Assembly (NCBI GenBank): GCA_028712705.1
Contig: JAQTPP010000001.1
Span: 81,521 to 145,520 of the forward strand
Length of the DNA stretch: 64,000 nt
Direction: 5' to 3'
Source: Candidatus Daviesbacteria bacterium
GTDB taxonomy: Bacteria; Patescibacteriota; Microgenomatia; Daviesbacterales; UBA10151
The notes under the pieces are model-generated. The model made no database searches, was not told where the DNA came from, and was given only the letters and a program-made list of their open reading frames with translations. A program made the position numbers and the translations under genes. This document shows positions 27,275-35,565 of the stretch, in pieces; positions within the stretch are counted from its first letter, which is position 1; each line of letters begins with the position of its first letter.

Positions 27275-30211
27275 ACCAAAAGAGGCTAAGGTTATTATGC
27301 CTCCGGAAACTATCAGTAAACCGCCAAGAAATTCGTTTGCCGAATTTTTGGGGATTAAATTTTTCTGTTCTTCCAGGATTTTGCTGATATTGATTTGATC
27401 GGAAATATGGTTGGGGTTTTGGAAGGTAACTCCTAAGACGTCCGGCGTAGATAGGATGGAGTTTGATGATTGATTTGTGGTTTCGCTCCTAGAGCTTACC
27501 TCGGAGGAGTCAGAGCCCATCTCCGAGGTGCTAGCTGTACTGGAGGTAGAATTTGATGAGGTACCAGAGGAGATGGTTGAAGTGGGAGTTTGTGTAGGAA
27601 TTGGGGTGGGAGTAGGAGACGGGGGTATAGCAATTTCTATAGTGATGGATTGGGGGATTTCTTCGTTGCCCAGGTTATCAATTGATTTGATTTGTAAAGT
27701 GGTTTTACCCGGAGTAGAAATAATAAACGGATTTGAGTAAATATGTACAGTTTGCCCGTTATCCAAACTATATTCAATTCTTAGTATTCCTGATTCAGTA
27801 TCGTTACCGGTTAAAGTTACAGTAACTGGTTCAGTATAAACCCCTGAAAAATCTTTTGTTCCGGAGATTTGAATGTTGGTAACGGGCGGCGTTTGATCTA
27901 ATGCTGCAGAACCGGTAATTTCGCTGGTAGGACTAATGGGGACATTTATTTCGCTTGACGAATCAGGATAAAAATTAAGCGAGGGAGAAGTATCTAAAGC
28001 AGGATCAAGAGTAAATTCTACTTTGCCAACTTGAGGAACAGCAATGTCTTTATAGATTGTGGTTTTGGATATTTTATCTTGTTTATAGGTCCTTTTTTTG
28101 AGGTTAGTAGTTTTAGAGTTATTGGACGGATTTTTACGAGTTGTTTTTACTTTTACTTTTGCAGCTTTCTTTTTAACAAAAGCATGTTTAGTGTTTCCGG
28201 AAGTAATGCAAGAGACATCCGGAATATTTTCTTCTATTTCTCCTTTGTCATTTAAACCGCAGTGGCGGTTTTGATCATCATATAAATCTAATTCTCCGTC
28301 ATCCAAAGAAATTTGCTCGCCTTCCAAAACAATTCTTTCGTCTTTTACTTCCACAGGGAAAGAATTGTCATCATTTAAAATTGCTTTGACGGTTTGCATA
28401 GCTATGCCGCTGGAACTGACCAGGTCAGAGTGTTTTTGTTCTACATAATAGATTTTGATAGCACCGGAAATATCTAAAGAATCACTTTTTAAAGAGGCGC
28501 TATAAAGCGGAACAGTGCCGTCGCCATTGATAAAAATTTCATCTATTTTAGGGATTATATTAACAGGCCAGGTGATCCACCAAGTTTCATGAATTTGTCC
28601 TAAAGTTGGTTGGCTAGAACCAATGACTTCATAGATTTTAGTCCCATTAGTTTGATTTAATATCGGATCCAGCGAGCTATGGAGTGTTTCTCCAAATACA
28701 AAAACAATCATATTGTAAGCTAGGTTAGAAATGAGAGTTTTAGTTTGATCGTAATCTAGAGAACCAGTAATCTTATTATTATCTATATCGCGGTCATCTT
28801 TAAATGGATAAGGCTGATTCTGACTAGAATTATTATAGAAATCAAAGTAAGTTTTTGATGGTAATAATTGGAAAGCAGTGGGTAGATTCTGAAAAATGTC
28901 TTTCACTTCTGATGCAGGCACTCCTAGATAAAAATCACCCAATATTTGTCTACCTAGTGGTTTGCCATACATAAGAGCTTTAGTAGTATCTACTGCCCCT
29001 AAGTGAGGAACTCCCAGTTCTATCAATTTATTAACCTTAGCAGCTTTACTAGCATCTGAAATATAATACCTAGCTACTAGGCCTCCCATAGAATGGACTA
29101 CCAGATTGACTTGAGATTGACCGGAAGCTGTTTTAGCAGTTTCAATGAGATTATCTAAACTGTCTTTAGTGTTTCTGACATCTTTTCTCCAGTCATATGG
29201 AAAGGTAAAGAAATTTTTACCTTTCTCGTACCCCATTCCGGTAAAAAACGAATCAATATCAGAATATCCAAAAGAAGTTAAGTCTCCTGTTAAACTTAAA
29301 GCAGCCTCTGGGGTTTGCCCATCGGTTTTTAACCGTAAAATATCAAAATAATCATCATTTCCCAGTTCCGCAGCCTTATCCTGATTTACCCAAATCTTTT
29401 CATTGCTGGAATAAGCATGAGAATATGTCCCGCCATGGCCGTCTTGAGCAGACCAAATAATATCCTGAGATGCCTTTATCTCTGACCCGCCAATTCCCGG
29501 AATAAAAATTACCGGTAATCTTGGAGGTGGAGGTGGAGGTGAAGTGTTACTTAAGATAAAATATAAATCATCTTTAGTGCTAGAAAATACATTGCAACCA
29601 GAATTTGAAGTTTGAGAATTCCAGATATATTGAGAAGCGTTACAGAATCCGTTATCAAAAGCATATCTTAAGCCTCCGCCGCTAAATAAATCAGATCCCC
29701 CATGTCCTCCCGGACCATAAGCAGCGCTTGTAAATAATATTTTACCGCTGCCCGCGTTACCATTATTAGCATTGGTTATTAATATTAAGTACCGGTGTCC
29801 AGGGATGAAATTATAATTCCGGCAGGAAAAATCGATGGTAACGTCTTCGTATCCGATTGGGACGCCAGTTGTTGTAAAAGTTAAGCCATCTAATGGGTCA
29901 TTATGATTAGTTCCAGGACAGCCAATTATATATGAATTATTATTCTTGTCGTAGATACGGGTGTTTCTGGTGGTAAAATCAAATTGATTTAGATTGGTTC
30001 GGGAAGTACTGACTCTGAACGTGAAGGAGGATGCGGTGCCGGATAAATTATTTCCTAATTCTTGTAAAGCCCCCCAAACAGTTAGTGGATCGCTCCAAGC
30101 TTGAGTTTGTTCTGCTACAGAAACAGCAGAAATATTAGAAGTTGAGATCACAAAAAGTCCTACTACAAAAGTAAGCCGTATATATTGACGAAATGGCAGT
30201 TTTATATTCAC
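27239..30211 (-). CDS. Large secreted, C-terminally membrane-anchored surface protein with a lipase/alpha-beta-hydrolase domain (990 aa)
   Basis: Signal peptide, beta-rich N-domain and a PPPPPP linker. Lipase nucleophile elbow VVHSMGGLVARYY following PVIFIPGIGGSE. Lys-rich segment, Ig-like region, Pro/Thr/Ser-rich stalk and a C-terminal TM plus KKIPK. Confidence 0.7.
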   Translation of the reverse strand: MNIKLPFRQYIRLTFVVGLFVISTSNISAVSVAEQTQAWSDPLTVWGALQELGNNLSGTASSFTFRVSTSRTNLNQFDFTTRNTRIYDKNNNSYIIGCPGTNHNDPLDGLTFTTTGVPIGYEDVTIDFSCRNYNFIPGHRYLILITNANNGNAGSGKILFTSAAYGPGGHGGSDLFSGGGLRYAFDNGFCNASQYIWNSQTSNSGCNVFSSTKDDLYFILSNTSPPPPPPRLPVIFIPGIGGSEIKASQDIIWSAQDGHGGTYSHAYSSNEKIWVNQDKAAELGNDDYFDILRLKTDGQTPEAALSLTGDLTSFGYSDIDSFFTGMGYEKGKNFFTFPYDWRKDVRNTKDSLDNLIETAKTASGQSQVNLVVHSMGGLVARYYISDASKAAKVNKLIELGVPHLGAVDTTKALMYGKPLGRQILGDFYLGVPASEVKDIFQNLPTAFQLLPSKTYFDFYNNSSQNQPYPFKDDRDIDNNKITGSLDYDQTKTLISNLAYNMIVFVFGETLHSSLDPILNQTNGTKIYEVIGSSQPTLGQIHETWWITWPVNIIPKIDEIFINGDGTVPLYSASLKSDSLDISGAIKIYYVEQKHSDLVSSSGIAMQTVKAILNDDNSFPVEVKDERIVLEGEQISLDDGELDLYDDQNRHCGLNDKGEIEENIPDVSCITSGNTKHAFVKKKAAKVKVKTTRKNPSNNSKTTNLKKRTYKQDKISKTTIYKDIAVPQVGKVEFTLDPALDTSPSLNFYPDSSSEINVPISPTSEITGSAALDQTPPVTNIQISGTKDFSGVYTEPVTVTLTGNDTESGILRIEYSLDNGQTVHIYSNPFIISTPGKTTLQIKSIDNLGNEEIPQSITIEIAIPPSPTPTPIPTQTPTSTISSGTSSNSTSSTASTSEMGSDSSEVSSRSETTNQSSNSILSTPDVLGVTFQNPNHISDQINISKILEEQKNLIPKNSANEFLGGLLIVSGGIITLASFGLLATFLKKIPK
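27498..27530. repeat. Reverse-orientation diverged copy of the 33-nt CACCTCG...CGAGGTG hairpin element, in-frame in the lipase gene stalk region (encodes TSEMGSDSSEVSS)
   Basis: The reverse complement reads CACCTCGGAGATGGGCTCTGACTCCTCCGAGGTA. Confidence 0.6.
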
Positions 30212-30304
30212 TTTTAATACTAGAATTGTTGATCGTGAAAAAGATCAATACAATATGTCTTTAAGATGATTTAAGGTAACAAACAAATACAGATTCACCT
30301 CGTT

Positions 30305-30338
30305 CACCTCGAAGGAGTCAAAGCCCACCTTCGAGGTG
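30305..30338. repeat. Intergenic copy of the 33-nt hairpin element CACCTCGAAGGAGTCAAAGCCCACCTTCGAGGTG, preceded by a duplicated TTCACCTCG
   Basis: Identical to the aspS-internal copy. Located 14 nt upstream of the cyclophilin ATG. Confidence 0.75.
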
Positions 30339-30351
30339 TATAATTGGGCAG

Positions 30352-31050
30352 ATGTTTACAAATCAAAAGGTTTTGGGAATACTTTTAATTGTTTTTATAA
30401 TCGGAACGGCAATTTATTTTACTGTTACAAAGTTTAGTCGGGATGTCAGTAATTTATCTGCGACTCCGACTCCTGTTCCACAAGATATAAATTTTACACT
30501 TAATTCAACCCCTGCTCCTTCGGCGGCGAACGTGGCGCAGACCCAACAGACCCAATCAACTGAACTGCCCTTAGCCAAAAACAAAAGACTTGACCGGTTT
30601 CCCGGCATATTAAGACCGGAAGTTTTGCAAAATAAAAAAGCGGTTATCCAAACTTCCAAAGGTCTCATCCAGTTGCAAATTTACCCCGAAGCATCTATGG
30701 CTGCTTCTAATTTTATGCTTTTAGCTGCTAATGGTTTTTATGACGGATTAATTTTTCATCGGGTAGAAGATTGGGTGGTTCAGGGCGGCGATCCAACCGG
30801 TATAGGGTCTGGCGGGCCGGGATATGAGTTTCCTGATGAGTCGGTTACAAGAGCTTATGTGAAAGGTATAGTTGCCATGGCAAATTCAGGCCCGAATACT
30901 AACGGCAGCCAGTTTTTTATATTAAAAAAAGATGTTTCACTCCAGCCGAATTACACTATTTTCGGACAAATTATTTCGGGTGAGGACATAGTTGAAAAAC
31001 TCATTATAGGGGATGTAATGCAGAAGGTAGTAATCCAAAATCTACAATAG
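30352..31050 (+). CDS. Peptidyl-prolyl cis-trans isomerase, cyclophilin type, membrane-anchored
   Basis: FHRVEDWVVQGGDPTGIGSGGPGYEFPDE and MANSGPNTNGSQFFI cyclophilin motifs. N-terminal TM. Confidence 0.8.
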   Translation: MFTNQKVLGILLIVFIIGTAIYFTVTKFSRDVSNLSATPTPVPQDINFTLNSTPAPSAANVAQTQQTQSTELPLAKNKRLDRFPGILRPEVLQNKKAVIQTSKGLIQLQIYPEASMAASNFMLLAANGFYDGLIFHRVEDWVVQGGDPTGIGSGGPGYEFPDESVTRAYVKGIVAMANSGPNTNGSQFFILKKDVSLQPNYTIFGQIISGEDIVEKLIIGDVMQKVVIQNLQ

Positions 31051-31114
31051 CTCTATACAATATATTGTATATTGACACTTTAAGGTACCAATATGTTATG
31101 TTATACTGGGTTTC

Positions 31115-31555
31115 ATGAAATGCCCATTTTGCCAAAGTAATTTGAGTAAAGTTAAAGACAAAAGAGCAGTTTTGCGTCGCGGAGAGATAAGACGTCGTCG
31201 GGAGTGTTTAAAATGCTCGAAGCGTTTTACAACCTACGAAATTCTGGCTGAGATAGAAATTTTGGTAATTAAAAAGGACGGAAGAAAAGAGTCATTTAAG
31301 CGGGAAAAATTGCAGAGGGGATTAAATAGAGCTTTAGAGAAAAGGCCGGGTATTGACAGAGTTGAAAGCATGCTTGATAGAATAGAAAGCCGGATTAGAA
31401 CTAAGCACTTGCAGGAAATTCCCTCGCAAACTTTAGGGAAGTGGGTATTATCAGAGTTGAAAAAACTAGATCCGGTTGCCTATTTGCGATTTGCAAGCGT
31501 TTACCGGACTTTTTCTGACCCGAAAGATTTTAAGAAAGAACTGGAAGCTTTATGA
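31115..31555 (+). CDS. nrdR: Transcriptional repressor NrdR
   Basis: MKCPFCQ...CLKCSKRFTTYE zinc ribbon followed by an ATP-cone. Confidence 0.9.
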   Translation: MKCPFCQSNLSKVKDKRAVLRRGEIRRRRECLKCSKRFTTYEILAEIEILVIKKDGRKESFKREKLQRGLNRALEKRPGIDRVESMLDRIESRIRTKHLQEIPSQTLGKWVLSELKKLDPVAYLRFASVYRTFSDPKDFKKELEAL

Positions 31556-34161
31556 AAAAAACAAAAACTACACTGCAAGTTGTTTCTGTCAGGGAACATA
31601 AACCTAATGGTATGGATCCGTTTTCGCCAAGGCTTCAACGGGCAGGTCGTAATGGTCGGAGTTTCGAAACAAGATTTATCCCGCGCTATAAACTTATACC
31701 GGAGTTGCCGAGCGGTTTACCTGAACCGGCATTCTCCGAGAGCGCAAATAAAATTTTGAATGAAAGATATCTTCTCAAGAGTAGTAATTTGGAAATAGCT
31801 GAAACTGTTGCGGAGAGGTTTTGGCATATTGCTTTTGATATTGCCTCCGGTGATATTGATTTTGGCGCAACGATAAAAAATGTGACAGAAATGGCAAAAA
31901 GTTTCTATACCATGATGGTGCGCCAGGAATTTTTGCCTAATTCTCCGACAATAATGAATGCCGGAAAACAAAACGGGTTGCAGTATTCTGCCTGTTTTGT
32001 TTTGCCGATTGGGGATTCGCTGCCGGAAATTTTTGATACCATAAAATATGCGGCTTTGATTCACCAAACAGGCGGGGGAACGGGTTTTGCTTTTTCCAGG
32101 CTTCGCCCGGCAGGGAGCATTGTCAATACCACAGGTGGTGTGGCCTCCGGACCGGTTTCGTTTTTGCGGGTATTTAATGCTGCTACAGAATCTATTAAGC
32201 AGGGCGGTACGAGACGTGGGGCGAATATGGGAATTTTGCGGGTTGACCACCCGGATATTCTGGAATTTATCAGATGCAAGGCAGAATTGGATGATTTAAA
32301 TAAATCGGTATATGAAGGCATTGCTCAGTTTTTGCCGGATTCCTCTGCCAGAGATTTTGTCAAGACTTTGCTTTTGGATAAACAGATTGCCAATTTTAAT
32401 ATCTCTGTAGCGCTGACAAATAAATTTATGGAAGCGCTGGCAAAAGGCAAAGATTATGATTTGGTGAATCCCGGCAGCGGAGAGGTAGTTGGTAAATTAA
32501 ACTCAAGAGAGGTTTTTGATGAGATTGTGGAACGGGCTTGGAAAACAGGCGACCCTGGACTTATATTTATTGACAGGATTAATGATTCACCTTCCAACCC
32601 GGTGCCATCTTTAGAAACTATTGAATCTACAAATCCATGCGGGGAGCAACCATTAGCTCCTTGGGACGCATGTAATTTAGGATCCATAAATTTGGGTAAA
32701 TTTGTCCGTCAGCTGGCGGATGGGGGCTTGGATGTGGATTGGGAAAGATTGGAACAAACTACCAGACTGGCGGTACATTTTCTGGATAATGTGGTTCAGA
32801 CAAACCCTTTTACCTTAAAACAAATTTATGATGAAGTGCACCAAAACAGAAGAATAGGTCTTGGGGTAATGGGTTTTGCCGACATGTTGTTTAAGCTAAA
32901 GATTTCATATAACTCTGTGGAAGCGCTGGATTTGGCCGGCAGACTAATGAAGTTTATTAATGAAGTAGGACACGGCGCTTCGCAAGATCTGGCAGCGGAA
33001 AGAGGCTCTTTTCCAAACTGGACCCTATCAATTTATGCCGATAAACGCTCTTCGGCTTTCAAAAACAGGCCGGAATCCAGTGCTTATGTTGGCGGAAGAA
33101 AAATCAGAAATTCAACAATCACAACCATTGCCCCAACAGGCACGATTTCTATTATTGGGGATTGTTCCTCCGGAATTGAGCCGGTATTTGCGCTTAGTTT
33201 TATCCACAAAGCCAAAGCTAAAGGTGATGAGTACAGGACATTAACCATCGCCAATCAAACTTTTGCCGATATTGCCAAAGAACAGGGTTTTTGGAGCGAA
33301 GACCTGGCAGCTAAGGTACTTGAGCATGGGTCTGTTAGAAATATCCCTGATGTGCCGGAAGACTGGCAGAAAGTTTTTGTGACGGCCCAGGAGATTGAGC
33401 CAGCGTGGCATGTTAAAATGCAGGCAGCTTTCCAGGCATATACGGATAATGGGGTTTCTAAAACAATAAACCTTCCCGGTATCGCAACGCGTGATGATGT
33501 AAGGACTGCATACATGATGGCTTATGAGACAGGTTGTAACGGGATAACAATTTATAGGGACGGCTCCAAAAGCACTCAGGTTTTAAATGTTTCTTCCAGT
33601 TTGAATGAACAAGTCGAGTCTGAATCGGCTCCCATTGCCGAGAGGCCGATGATCCTCCGGGGTAGGACTTACAAAGTTTCAACGCCTGTGGGGGAGGCTT
33701 TTATTACTGTTAATAGGGATGCAAGTGGTCAACCTTTTGAAGTTTTTGTAACTGTCGGGAGAGCCGGTATGCATACTATGGCAGATGCGGAAGCTATGGG
33801 ACGACTGGTTTCCTTATCGCTTCGTTTGGCAAGAGGAACAAAGGAGACAGATCCAAAAGCAGTAGCATTGAAAATTGTCGGGCAACTGCGGGGGATTGGC
33901 GGAGCGTCATCAGTAGGTTTTGGAAAAAATAGGGTGCAGAGTCTGGCAGATGCAATTGCCAAAGTTTTGGCAGAAGATTTAGCGGAGATTGGAACGGAGG
34001 AGACTGTGGAAACTTTACCGCAGTCAAATACAGGTACAGATGACGTGATGCTGGCTCTATCACACAACCAAGCAGATCTTTGTCCGGAATGCGGCTCAGT
34101 TTCTTTTGTACTGGAAGAAGGCTGCAAAAAATGTCACTCCTGCGGTTACTCCATGTGTTAA
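31552..34161 (+). CDS. nrdJ: Ribonucleoside reductase, class II (adenosylcobalamin-dependent)
   Basis: 869 aa. NPCGEQPL active-site loop and a C-terminal CPECG...CKKCHSCG zinc ribbon typical of class II RNR. ATGA overlap with nrdR. Confidence 0.8.
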   Translation: MKKTKTTLQVVSVREHKPNGMDPFSPRLQRAGRNGRSFETRFIPRYKLIPELPSGLPEPAFSESANKILNERYLLKSSNLEIAETVAERFWHIAFDIASGDIDFGATIKNVTEMAKSFYTMMVRQEFLPNSPTIMNAGKQNGLQYSACFVLPIGDSLPEIFDTIKYAALIHQTGGGTGFAFSRLRPAGSIVNTTGGVASGPVSFLRVFNAATESIKQGGTRRGANMGILRVDHPDILEFIRCKAELDDLNKSVYEGIAQFLPDSSARDFVKTLLLDKQIANFNISVALTNKFMEALAKGKDYDLVNPGSGEVVGKLNSREVFDEIVERAWKTGDPGLIFIDRINDSPSNPVPSLETIESTNPCGEQPLAPWDACNLGSINLGKFVRQLADGGLDVDWERLEQTTRLAVHFLDNVVQTNPFTLKQIYDEVHQNRRIGLGVMGFADMLFKLKISYNSVEALDLAGRLMKFINEVGHGASQDLAAERGSFPNWTLSIYADKRSSAFKNRPESSAYVGGRKIRNSTITTIAPTGTISIIGDCSSGIEPVFALSFIHKAKAKGDEYRTLTIANQTFADIAKEQGFWSEDLAAKVLEHGSVRNIPDVPEDWQKVFVTAQEIEPAWHVKMQAAFQAYTDNGVSKTINLPGIATRDDVRTAYMMAYETGCNGITIYRDGSKSTQVLNVSSSLNEQVESESAPIAERPMILRGRTYKVSTPVGEAFITVNRDASGQPFEVFVTVGRAGMHTMADAEAMGRLVSLSLRLARGTKETDPKAVALKIVGQLRGIGGASSVGFGKNRVQSLADAIAKVLAEDLAEIGTEETVETLPQSNTGTDDVMLALSHNQADLCPECGSVSFVLEEGCKKCHSCGYSMC

Positions 34162-34164
34162 GCC

Positions 34165-34961
34165 TTCCGCCCCAAGGGTACAAAAATATCTAAATATCCG
34201 CAGGTGTCAATACAAATCCACCCCAAGGGTGGACACGGCTGTCAGTTTAGTCTTCAACATCTAATAGTTGGTGTTTTATTAATTCCAATTTCTGGGCATA
34301 ATCAACTTGGTCTAGAACAAATTGCTGATAGTGTTTGGATGATTTGAAAAGACATAGGATAGCTTCTTTATTACAAATTCCGTCGGTATCACTCTCAATG
34401 TATTCCCTATAAGAAGACCAGCGATATTGATTTAGATCTTTTACCAAAAATGAAGCAATTGGATTTAAATGGATGTAACGGGAAGCATGGCTTAATTGCT
34501 CGTCAGATTCTATAAGTACTGCCTTGAATTCTCCTTGTAGCAGAGGACCAACACGGTTATATTTTACATTGTAATATTTAGTATAACTGTTGCTTAGTTT
34601 GCTAATAAATTCTGTAATTCCACCATCTTTTAACTGCTTTATTAGGAAATGAAAATGATTTGACATGAGGCAATAACAGATTACTTCAACTATTTTTTTA
34701 CTTGAATCAGGTTTGAAAATTGAACCAGCGAGAAATTTAGAAAGTTTTGGCTTGGGTCCTGCAAGCTGGTAGTAACACATTGTTTTAATGAGTCGTGAAT
34801 AATCCCAACTTTTTTCAAAAACACTTCTTTTTTCTACACCACGATTGTAAATGTGGTAATATTGCCCGTTTACAAATGGAAAAATTCTAGAAGGCATCTG
34901 AAGCTAGCATAGCTTAAATATCCGCAGGTGTCAATACCAATCCACCCCAAGGGTGGACATT
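34165..34961 (-). mobile_element. RayT-like HUH transposase unit flanked by about 45-bp direct repeats carrying a TCCACCC-CAA-GGGTGGA hairpin
   Basis: Repeats at 34191-34235 and 34917-34961 (aaatatccgcaggtgtcaatacaaatccaccccaagggtggaca). A degenerate extra copy lies at 34167-34182. The unit is inserted between nrdJ and the cobalamin adenosyltransferase gene. Confidence 0.7.
34247..34897 (-). CDS. REP-associated tyrosine transposase-like protein (COG1943 / IS200-like Y1 HUH)
   Basis: YYHIYNRGVEKRSVF, HUH motif CYCLMSNHFHFLI, GPLLQGEFKAVLIESDEQLSHASRYIHLNP and the catalytic-Tyr region YRWSSY. Confidence 0.8.
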   Translation of the reverse strand: MPSRIFPFVNGQYYHIYNRGVEKRSVFEKSWDYSRLIKTMCYYQLAGPKPKLSKFLAGSIFKPDSSKKIVEVICYCLMSNHFHFLIKQLKDGGITEFISKLSNSYTKYYNVKYNRVGPLLQGEFKAVLIESDEQLSHASRYIHLNPIASFLVKDLNQYRWSSYREYIESDTDGICNKEAILCLFKSSKHYQQFVLDQVDYAQKLELIKHQLLDVED

Positions 34962-34993
34962 CTATTATAGACATGGTTTGTTAAAATCAGCTC

Positions 34994-35527
34994 ATGAATA
35001 AAGAAAAAGGTTTGGTTATTTTATATACCGGTGAGGGGAAAGGGAAAACCACAGCTGCCTTGGGTTTGGTACTCCGGGCCGTGGGTCATAAGAAAAAGTG
35101 CTTGGTAGTTCAGTTTGGCAAAGCTTCTTTCACTGGTGAACTGGAAGCAGTAAAAAAACTTAAAACTGATGTTAAATTTATCCAGGGCGGTAAAGGGTTT
35201 GTTAAAATTTTAGGGGACAAGCTGCCCTTAAAAGAACATAAAAAAGCTGCAAAGAAAACATTTGATATATTATATAAGGAAATTATTAGTGGTAAATGGA
35301 ATGTAGCGGTGGCAGATGAAATAATTGGAGCAGTCTCATCCGGACTTCTTCCCGAGAGCTTAGTTGTGAAATTAATTACAGATAAACCTGAGAAGCTGGA
35401 TTTAGTATTAACCGGTCACCATGCGTCAAAGAAATTAATTGGGGTGGTTGATTTAGTAACCGAAATGCGGAGAGTAAAACATCCTTACCAAAAAGGAATT
35501 CTGGCAAAAAAGGGTATTGACTTTTAG
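34994..35527 (+). CDS. Cob(I)yrinic acid a,c-diamide / cob(I)alamin adenosyltransferase (CobA/CobO/BtuR family)
   Basis: GEGKGKTTAALGLVLRAVGHKKKCLVVQFGKASFTGE P-loop signature of PF02572. Confidence 0.8.
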   Translation: MNKEKGLVILYTGEGKGKTTAALGLVLRAVGHKKKCLVVQFGKASFTGELEAVKKLKTDVKFIQGGKGFVKILGDKLPLKEHKKAAKKTFDILYKEIISGKWNVAVADEIIGAVSSGLLPESLVVKLITDKPEKLDLVLTGHHASKKLIGVVDLVTEMRRVKHPYQKGILAKKGIDF

Positions 35528-35565
35528 CACTCATTGCACTAAACTGCTAATAGTTTTAAGAAAAT

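Noticed and set aside
27477-27740. 87-aa plus-strand ORF (contains the palindromic element)
   Set aside because: It is antisense to the Pro/Thr/Ser-rich stalk of the 990-aa lipase gene. It is an artefact of low-complexity coding sequence.
31717-34183. Multiple minus-strand ORFs of 70-177 aa
   Set aside because: All lie antisense within nrdJ, whose class II RNR motifs are unambiguous.
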